NCBI GenBank assembly: GCA_045046875.1
Contig: JASFYY010000090.1
Span: 1 to 21,885, forward strand
Source: Verrucomicrobiota bacterium
GTDB lineage: Bacteria > Verrucomicrobiota > Verrucomicrobiia > Verrucomicrobiales > DEV007
Direction: 5' to 3'
DNA length: 21,885 nucleotides
A program made the position numbers and the translations under genes. Positions 15,548-21,885 of this stretch are shown here, piece by piece. Numbering within the stretch: position 1 is the stretch's first letter; every line of letters starts with the position of its first letter. The notes below the pieces were generated by a model. It worked only from the letters and a program-made list of their open reading frames with translations. It made no database searches and was not told where the DNA came from.

Positions 15548-16855
15548 TTATTTCTTGCGCAACACCTGAACCAATTTTTCGTAAGCTACGCTAAGCGGCA
15601 ATTCCTTCGGTCGCGATCTTCGCGTTTGCTGCACTTTCTCCAGCTCAGTCTTCTGCGCTGGGCTCAAAGCCGCACCGCTGCTGCTGTTAGACTCCTGCCA
15701 CAAAGTCACACACTGATCCAACAGTTCCGTTGGACGGATGCTGCGACGTAACATTCTCACCATGCCCGAAGAAGCGTCTTCCCCCGAAACCGCACCTCCA
15801 TCTCCATCTCCGGTCAGTCCGCGCTCCATCTCCTCACTGCCCGGCACCAGTGACGAACCTCCTGACCATGCCAGCAGAATTAGAAACACCAGCAATCCGG
15901 CAAAAAATCCGTGCAAGCGATAACGCCGAATCAATTTCATGATACCCCCGCTTTCCTCGCTGCCATGAATCGTTTCATCAAAAACCACCTTGTTTTTGCC
16001 CCCGATCAACCACCACAAAAATGTAGTATTCCCCTTCTTCCACAAAGCTTCATTGCTGGAAAAATAGGCGTCACTAGCCACCACAATCCTGCCCTTGCCA
16101 TAAGGGCGCTCCACCACCACAGGCAAGTCCTCAACCCGAGCCACTTCGCTCCAGGGAGATTCCACATTCTCAAATCGAAACTGACTATACCAATTGGGGA
16201 AAACCTTTGGAAGCTCAGGCAAAACCTCCTCTGCATCCTCTTCAAAATCAGAGTCAACCGCCTCTACCTCCCATCCCTGCTCCGGACGTTCGAACCCTTC
16301 CTGCGCCTTCAATTCTATCCTGATATAATCTAAAAAAAGTTCCCCCAACAGCTTCTTAAGTTCCTGATCCTCCTCATCCTCATCCTCATCCTCATCCTCA
16401 TCCCCCTCTTTTTCATGCAGTTCTTTTTTGATTTTCTCCCGACGCTCTAACCAGTTTTCATCTTCTTTTTTTGCAGTCAAAGGCACATAACCCGGATTCA
16501 TCACTATCACCAAACGGGTACCCTCACGAACCGCATCCATCACCGGCGAATCATCCGGCGCTCTAAGTTTGATCAAAGCCCCTCGTGGCAAACCCAATAA
16601 TACCAAAGCGGTATCTTCATCCAACCCCTTAATCCGTTGCAGCGAAGACAAATTACGGGAGACCTCTACCCCCGGCATTCTGTCTAGGGACTCATAAAAA
16701 GCCCGCGCGCCCAGTGGATCACTGCGCTTGGTAGAATAATGCGCATAGATATCACCAGGACTGAAACGCATTTCCATGATCGAGGCAAAAGCAGCAATCA
16801 TCAAAACCAACAAAATCGCCAAAGTCAGCCACGTGCCAAATCCCCTACGCAACAT
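15548..16855 (-). CDS. DUF4350-domain membrane-anchored protein
   Basis: N-terminal TM, YSTKRSDPLGARAFYESL, YGKGRIVV, FSSNEAL, VVFDETIHG and a second TM. Sits in the canonical position upstream of moxR. The start overlaps the upstream gene. Confidence 0.8.
   Translation of the reverse strand: MLRRGFGTWLTLAILLVLMIAAFASIMEMRFSPGDIYAHYSTKRSDPLGARAFYESLDRMPGVEVSRNLSSLQRIKGLDEDTALVLLGLPRGALIKLRAPDDSPVMDAVREGTRLVIVMNPGYVPLTAKKEDENWLERREKIKKELHEKEGDEDEDEDEDEEDQELKKLLGELFLDYIRIELKAQEGFERPEQGWEVEAVDSDFEEDAEEVLPELPKVFPNWYSQFRFENVESPWSEVARVEDLPVVVERPYGKGRIVVASDAYFSSNEALWKKGNTTFLWWLIGGKNKVVFDETIHGSEESGGIMKLIRRYRLHGFFAGLLVFLILLAWSGGSSLVPGSEEMERGLTGDGDGGAVSGEDASSGMVRMLRRSIRPTELLDQCVTLWQESNSSSGAALSPAQKTELEKVQQTRRSRPKELPLSVAYEKLVQVLRKK
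16374..16403. repeat. In-frame hexanucleotide microsatellite (TCATCC)x5 encoding a (DE)n tract
   Basis: Five perfect TCATCC units on the + strand plus a partial unit at 16371-16373; the region translates as GDEDEDEDEDEED in the DUF4350 protein. Confidence 0.9.
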
Positions 16856-18590
16856 CCTCCTCCTTTCCTGACGATGAAGTCATTTTTTTGATTTTCTCGT
16901 AGTTTTCCGTAAAACGCTCAACCGAATCATTGCCAATATCGTGCAAACCATACCAAACCCACTCAAACAAACCCACGTTCTCATCAAAAGATTCGATCAC
17001 TACCGGCATCGAACGAGCCTTCAGTGACAACTCCCCCCGGTAATCGTGATTCGATTTAGACCGCGCAATTTTTAACAAATCACATTCTCCCAAATGCGCC
17101 AAGCTGGCTAAAAACAAAGCCCTCACCGCCAACCTGTATTCCCCCTTGTCAATCTTCTCTCTCGCCAAGCGCATCCACTCGTCTTCGGGCAATTGATTGG
17201 CCAAAACCGTTTCACTTTCAAGATCGATAGCCCCCATCACATCGGCTTCGACCTGCTGGCTTCCCGTTTGCCGCTGTCGACTGACAATAATCTTGATCAC
17301 CACCGCCAGCAATAACACCACCAATACCACCACCAGGGAAATCGAAGCCACTTCCCCAAGCTTACCAAAATCTTTCATCTCACTCACCTCGCGATTTCTC
17401 TCTCGCCCTCCAAAAAGTCGATCCATCAGATCCTCTATTCCCTTGAAAACATTTCTAACGGTTTTCACAAATGACTTCAGCAGGTTTTTCACAAAACCCT
17501 GCGCGCCCCCTTGTTCCACTTCCTCAATCCGCTCGCGTGACAAGCGCCATTGAAAATGCTTTTCCTGCAAAGTTTTTTTGACCGCCAAATCAAACTCAGT
17601 CTCTGACAACTCGGCCGCGGGGGCTGAGACAGCCGCCTCAGTATTTTTTTCACCCTCTTGAGCCAAGCCGTTTGTCGTAAAAGCAAATAACAAAAACAAC
17701 AGTGCCGCTTTCCCAAAATGACTGCCCCGCCGTCCCGCCCCACGACCACTGCCCTCCTCAACCGACTTCAACGCCGCCAGCCGGCTCAATAAATCCGCCC
17801 CACTTGTTCTCGATTGACCATAAAAACAGCGGATGACATAAAGCGTCTTGGTCAAGGGACTGACACATAAAAACACGATCAACATGGTGCCAAATATAAA
17901 AGTCGAATTCATCAAAGTCGCCAAAGGGTTCAAAGTGAAAACACTCTCAACCCCAAAAAACATTTTCACCAACATCGGAATATAAATCGCCGCCATCAGC
18001 ACACTCATCCACACAAACAACGAAAACACCACCAGCACCGCCACCAGAAAATGATTGATTCCCCACGACCAATGAGACTGTTTGGCCGCATCAATCACCA
18101 AATGCCTCAATGGTTGTTTGCCATAGTCCTGGGTCAAACCCAGCGCACTTACATTTTGATAAAAAGCATACACCCAGGCCAAAGGCATCAAAATAATCAC
18201 TGCCAGTATCAACATCGGAATCGCCGTTGATTGGATCAAAACCTGGGCCGCCAAATAGCGCAAGGTCATCGCCCTGGAAATCTCGTTCACTTTGCCTCCC
18301 GAGTTCAGCTGCACCCACATGCGTCGGCAGAACAAGGACTGCCAGACTTTCATCCAAAAGTAGGCGAGCCCTAACAACAAAGAAAACAAACCCGCATCCT
18401 GCAGGGCAAAACTACTGCGCCCCATGTCCGCCCAAAAATAAAACAAGCAGATCACAAAAGGCACCGTTCCCACGTAGTACATCGCCAAGCTTGAGAGCGG
18501 CGAAACCCGCAGAGCGTGAAATGCCTCCTCCAGCAAATCAAATGCTCCATGCTCGCGGTATTTCTTCCGCCTTCTGCGTGCCCCAGTCAT
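16845..18590 (-). CDS. Polytopic membrane protein fused to a C-terminal DUF4129-like domain
   Basis: About 6 N-terminal TMs ending in FYGQSRTSGADL. C-terminal GEYRLAVRALFLASL...SKSNHDY...FEWVWYG is DUF4129-like. Confidence 0.8.
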   Translation of the reverse strand: MTGARRRRKKYREHGAFDLLEEAFHALRVSPLSSLAMYYVGTVPFVICLFYFWADMGRSSFALQDAGLFSLLLGLAYFWMKVWQSLFCRRMWVQLNSGGKVNEISRAMTLRYLAAQVLIQSTAIPMLILAVIILMPLAWVYAFYQNVSALGLTQDYGKQPLRHLVIDAAKQSHWSWGINHFLVAVLVVFSLFVWMSVLMAAIYIPMLVKMFFGVESVFTLNPLATLMNSTFIFGTMLIVFLCVSPLTKTLYVIRCFYGQSRTSGADLLSRLAALKSVEEGSGRGAGRRGSHFGKAALLFLLFAFTTNGLAQEGEKNTEAAVSAPAAELSETEFDLAVKKTLQEKHFQWRLSRERIEEVEQGGAQGFVKNLLKSFVKTVRNVFKGIEDLMDRLFGGRERNREVSEMKDFGKLGEVASISLVVVLVVLLLAVVIKIIVSRQRQTGSQQVEADVMGAIDLESETVLANQLPEDEWMRLAREKIDKGEYRLAVRALFLASLAHLGECDLLKIARSKSNHDYRGELSLKARSMPVVIESFDENVGLFEWVWYGLHDIGNDSVERFTENYEKIKKMTSSSGKEEDVA

Positions 18591-18627
18591 TCTCTAATAC
18601 TCAATTGCTAATTTATTATTCTAATGC

Positions 18628-18948
18628 TCACTCCTCCCACACCGTGCCGTCGTGAAATGTCGCAGGCACCATCATCAAAAACCTGGCAACAAAATAAAAC
18701 AAAGCCCATATCAAAATCACTCCAATGAGTAACTGTAAAGTGGGCGCCGCCATAGCAAACAATCGATTGGGTTTTACCTCAACCCGGCTGCCGCTCTCTT
18801 CATCCCGCAAACACTGGGCACAAGTCAAACGACCATCATGTTCGGTTATACACTCTCCACAGAAAAAACGCCGACACTCCGGACAGCGCGCCGCCGCCGC
18901 ACGACTCGGGTGGATCAAACAAATGGTTTTGGCAATCAGATCCGCCAT
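18628..18948 (-). CDS. B-box-like zinc-finger protein with a C-terminal TM anchor
   Basis: C-x2-H-x8-C-x2-C-x4-C-x2-C-x9-C-x2-C (CLIHPSRAAAARCPECRRFFCGECITEHDGRLTCAQC) followed by one TM. Starts 2 nt after the upstream stop. Confidence 0.85.
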   Translation of the reverse strand: MADLIAKTICLIHPSRAAAARCPECRRFFCGECITEHDGRLTCAQCLRDEESGSRVEVKPNRLFAMAAPTLQLLIGVILIWALFYFVARFLMMVPATFHDGTVWEE

Positions 18949-18950
18949 GA

Positions 18951-19955
18951 TTATTTTTTACCCACTCCCTTCTGCAACATCACATTCAACAAACCCACTA
19001 CAGCAAGAGTCAATATCGCCAAAGCCACTATCAAAAAATACAGATAAAAACCCAGATCATCGATCCTGTTCACAGAGGAAAAGGCCTCTATATAAACGAT
19101 AGGCGAAACCGTAACCGCAGGATCCACCATTGCTGCATTGACCAAAAAGATAAAACCCCCGCCACCCACCGCCAGCAAACTGCCCAGCACCCCCCATAGA
19201 GGAAAACGAATCCCGTCAGAAGTCAAACGACGCACCGAAGCGGCGAGCGCAACTAAAAGCAGCGGAACCAGAAACAATCCCATCAGCTGGGTTACCCAGG
19301 CAATCACCACGCTCTGGACGTGGAGTTGCACCAGCATCATCGCCCCCATGACCGCAGAAGCGGCAAAGGCTGGTGCTGCGGATAGTGGAATCGACAACCC
19401 GCTGGAGGGCTCTGACCGCTCTTTGCTCTCGTGAAATTCCTGCCCCGTATCCCCAGCTACGATTAAGTCTTTCTGAGACTCCTGAATCAACTCATCCAGA
19501 GATTCCACCACTCTCCGCGCCAGCGGCAAGCGAGTGAGCATGCGAAAGCGTTCCTTTTTTAACGAAGTCTGCACCTCGACCTTACAGCGCTGCCCTAACA
19601 ATAAGGTTCTCACCAACAATAACAAAAACACCATTGTTAGCGGAAAAGGAAACAGCAAAGTAACGACCAAAGCCCCCACATCCTCACCTTCTCCCATGCT
19701 CAAAATCAATGCACAGAGGCCTGCAAACAACAAGGTGCCCAGAGCGTAGAGAATCGCTGATACCCAACGCCCCGAAGTTCCGACAATCACCAACGCTTGA
19801 ATATCCTTGTAACGAAAACGCAAATACTCTTCACTGAAAGGAATCAAAAAACCGTTTCCCCTGACGTACAACAAATGATCCTCCCCCTGCCATAAGCTGG
19901 AGCAAGAAAAAACGCCCTTGGCCAAACGTTGATACTCACCAAATTGCTTTTTCAT
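18951..19955 (-). CDS. Hypothetical integral membrane protein (about 6 TMs)
   Basis: 334 aa: beta-rich N-terminus SLWQGEDHLLYV..SEEYLRFRYKDIQA, a TM hairpin, a soluble segment, then 4 TMs. Closely spaced with both neighbours. Confidence 0.8.
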   Translation of the reverse strand: MKKQFGEYQRLAKGVFSCSSLWQGEDHLLYVRGNGFLIPFSEEYLRFRYKDIQALVIVGTSGRWVSAILYALGTLLFAGLCALILSMGEGEDVGALVVTLLFPFPLTMVFLLLLVRTLLLGQRCKVEVQTSLKKERFRMLTRLPLARRVVESLDELIQESQKDLIVAGDTGQEFHESKERSEPSSGLSIPLSAAPAFAASAVMGAMMLVQLHVQSVVIAWVTQLMGLFLVPLLLVALAASVRRLTSDGIRFPLWGVLGSLLAVGGGGFIFLVNAAMVDPAVTVSPIVYIEAFSSVNRIDDLGFYLYFLIVALAILTLAVVGLLNVMLQKGVGKK

Positions 19956-19967
19956 AAAACCCGCGCT

Positions 19968-20720
19968 CTAAGCAGAATACCCTTCCATCGCCACCAGCAT
20001 GTCACTAACCATTTGGTGCAATCCCACAAACACACTTTGCGATACCAAGTGATGCCCCACATTCAATTCAGCCAAATGCGGCACCCTCAAAACCTTCTCA
20101 ATGTTTTTCATCGTAATGCCATGCCCGGCATTCACCTGCAGTTTAAGCTCTTCGGCTAATTGAGCAGACGCGATCAAGGCCGCCAGTTCCCGGTCACCTC
20201 CAGTCACTTCAGCATTGGCAAAAGCCCCCGTATGCAATTCTATCATGTCCGCTCCCACATCAGCGCAGGCTTTGATCTGAGCCTCGGCAGGATCAACAAA
20301 TAAACTCACCAGGATCCCAGCTTCTTGAAACCTAGCCGTCGTCTTTTTCAAGCTCTCATAACCCCCGAGCACATCCAATCCTCCCTCAGTGGTGATTTCC
20401 TCGCGGCTCTCCGGAACCAAACAAACAAAATCCGGCTTTGCCTGCAACGCAATCTCAACGATCTCCAAGGTATCCCCTAACTCCAGATTCAACTTAGTCT
20501 TAATGTTTTCCCTCACCTCAAACACATCACGATCCTGTATGTGACGTCGATCTGCTCGTAAGTGAATAGTGATCGAATCCGCTCCCGCCCGCTCACATTC
20601 CTCGGCTGCGAATAACAATGAAGGCTCCGCATTGGGAGAATCCAACATCGTCGCATAACGGGCCTGACGCAGTGTCGCCACGTGATCAATATTCACTCCA
20701 AGCTTTAACGAACGGTTCAT
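19968..20720 (-). CDS. pdxJ: Pyridoxine 5'-phosphate synthase
   Basis: LGVNIDHVATLRQAR, HLRADRRHI, LNLE, LVPESREEITTEGGLDV, IELHTG, VNAGHG and ELNVGH. Confidence 0.97.
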   Translation of the reverse strand: MNRSLKLGVNIDHVATLRQARYATMLDSPNAEPSLLFAAEECERAGADSITIHLRADRRHIQDRDVFEVRENIKTKLNLELGDTLEIVEIALQAKPDFVCLVPESREEITTEGGLDVLGGYESLKKTTARFQEAGILVSLFVDPAEAQIKACADVGADMIELHTGAFANAEVTGGDRELAALIASAQLAEELKLQVNAGHGITMKNIEKVLRVPHLAELNVGHHLVSQSVFVGLHQMVSDMLVAMEGYSA

Positions 20721-20794
20721 AATATCATTAATACAAAATACACTGCTGCATGCATACCGTATTCTGATAAAAAAACCAACCTCGAAAGCACTGT

Positions 20795-21331
20795 TTAGTC
20801 AGTTAGCACATCTTCATCACCTTCATCTAACCCGGTCGCCCCTCCACCGCCAGCTGATCCAATCCACCAGAAGACAAAAACTACCACCCCCACCCCCAAC
20901 CACCCTGCTACTAATACCAACCAGGCGCTAGCTCCCCACGGCTCAGAGTCAGACATCACCGGCAGCAAAGAAGTCATCACGGCCAACAACAGGCACCAAC
21001 GCGTAGGAGCCTCCATCTCAAGATAAACGACCCATACAAAAACAAAACCCGCCGTCAAAACAAACAACAGAAAAAACCACGGGTGCTGAACAGCTCCAAA
21101 AGACACGATCGGCCACAAAAACAGCCACATCAAAACCTCTCCCGTATTAACCCCATCCACCCTATTGAGAATCGCCTGCAACGGATGGCTCAAATCATTC
21201 CATTGTTGAAAACCCTGGGCTCCCCAACCAAGAGCCAGTCCCAGCATACCAGAGCAAGAGAACAGCATCATTCTCCCAATCAGAGACGAAACCACCGACA
21301 TCAAAGTCTCAAATGGATCAAATTTGGCCAT
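20795..21331 (-). CDS. Hypothetical Trp-rich membrane protein with an acidic C-terminal tail
   Basis: 178 aa with about 5 hydrophobic segments. Fills the gap between pdxJ and the transposase, with G/T-rich codon usage like its - strand neighbours. Confidence 0.7.
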   Translation of the reverse strand: MAKFDPFETLMSVVSSLIGRMMLFSCSGMLGLALGWGAQGFQQWNDLSHPLQAILNRVDGVNTGEVLMWLFLWPIVSFGAVQHPWFFLLFVLTAGFVFVWVVYLEMEAPTRWCLLLAVMTSLLPVMSDSEPWGASAWLVLVAGWLGVGVVVFVFWWIGSAGGGGATGLDEGDEDVLTD

Positions 21332-21337
21332 AGTTAA

Positions 21338-21366
21338 AAAATGTTCAACGCTAAGGGACTCGACAA
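21338..21366 (-). promoter_or_regulatory. Candidate promoter giving a leaderless mRNA for the 178-aa membrane protein
   Basis: TTGTCG (21366-21361), 17 nt, CATTTT (21343-21338), 6 nt, then ATG at 21331. No Shine-Dalgarno sequence. Confidence 0.35.
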
Positions 21367-21387
21367 TTTATAGCTTTCCCAATCTGC

Positions 21388-21885
21388 TCACCTTCCACGA
21401 ATCACGTCCTCGCGCAAATCCCGCAGCGACCTCATCTCCCCCCACTGCGCCCCGCGCATCTTCCGTCCACCATCCTTGCGGCGATCACCGAAGTATTCTC
21501 TCCGCTGATCAAAAAACTCATCCACGTAAGCCTGACCTCCCAGCACCGCCCCTTCGGTGAAATACCGCACCCGACACCTCAAAGCCACCGCCAACGGCAA
21601 CTTGCCTCCCTCCTGCCACACCTGCTCAATCTGCTCCTGCGTGAACCCTCCCCGCCAACTGTCCTTTCCATCCGCCGCTTGACCTCCCAAGCGCTCCTCC
21701 CCCTTACAATACAACAGCCTTCGGTATTCCTCCGCCACCTTCCTCCACGCCACCCTTTGTCGACCCATCACCGCAAAAGTCAGTCCCTGACGCGCCCCCT
21801 TCACCCCGGCCACCGCCGCCGCATACGAACACCAACGATAATCCTCCGGCTCCTTCACCATGCCCGCCCTAATCGGATTCAAATC
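21388..21885 (-). mobile_element. C-terminal half of a RAYT/IS200-like Y1 (HUH) tyrosine transposase; 5' part lies outside the window
   Basis: The frame is open to the window edge: DLNPIRAGMVKEPEDYRWCSY matches the (Y)xxxNPVRAG..P.DY.WSSY motif that follows the catalytic Tyr of Y1_Tnp/RAYT proteins. It has a long C-terminal extension containing RCRVRYFTEGAVLG. Confidence 0.82.

Noticed and set aside
16374..16403. Phase-variation switch or CRISPR-like array
   Set aside because: The unit is 6 nt, preserves the frame and has no spacers. No CRISPR repeat-spacer structure or cas gene was seen anywhere in the window.
11364..19749. Numerous + strand ORFs (e.g. 11364..11948, 11945..12346, 15911..16333, 18227..18655)
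   Set aside because: Shadows of the - strand operon, favoured by the A/C-rich, stop-poor + strand.
20540..20566. PdxJ HLRADRRH instead of HLREDRRH as a sign of inactivation
   Set aside because: The His/Arg residues of this motif and the LNLE and NAGHG catalytic motifs are intact; this is probably lineage variation.

Overview
Gene-dense bacterial chromosomal window. It is most likely Verrucomicrobiota/PVC; this is inferred from the DUF1549/DUF1553-DUF1501-PPC cluster and the style of the Y1 transposase, not from a database search. From left to right it contains: (1) the 5' part of an Nramp-related transporter on the - strand, which the ORF track missed; (2) a divergent two-gene arnT-arnC lipid A modification pair, with no arnA/B/D/E/F in the window; (3) an exported helical protein; (4) the three-gene DUF1549/DUF1553, DUF1501 and PPC-domain exported module, with unusual Lys/Ala/Pro-rich tails; (5) a membrane-anchored hypothetical protein and an FmdB zinc-ribbon gene; (6) a tightly coupled - strand operon of pdxJ, a membrane protein, a B-box-like Zn-finger protein, a membrane/DUF4129 fusion, DUF4350, MoxR AAA+, DUF58/vWA, SpoIIM-like and RDD; (7) a small membrane protein; and (8) the 3' half of a RAYT/IS200-like Y1 tyrosine transposase. 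I saw no rRNA, tRNA or CRISPR array. The best candidates for an uncharacterised system are the extended eight-gene MoxR-vWA membrane operon and the DUF1549/1553-DUF1501-PPC module. Both are known as conserved neighbourhoods but, to my knowledge, have no established function.
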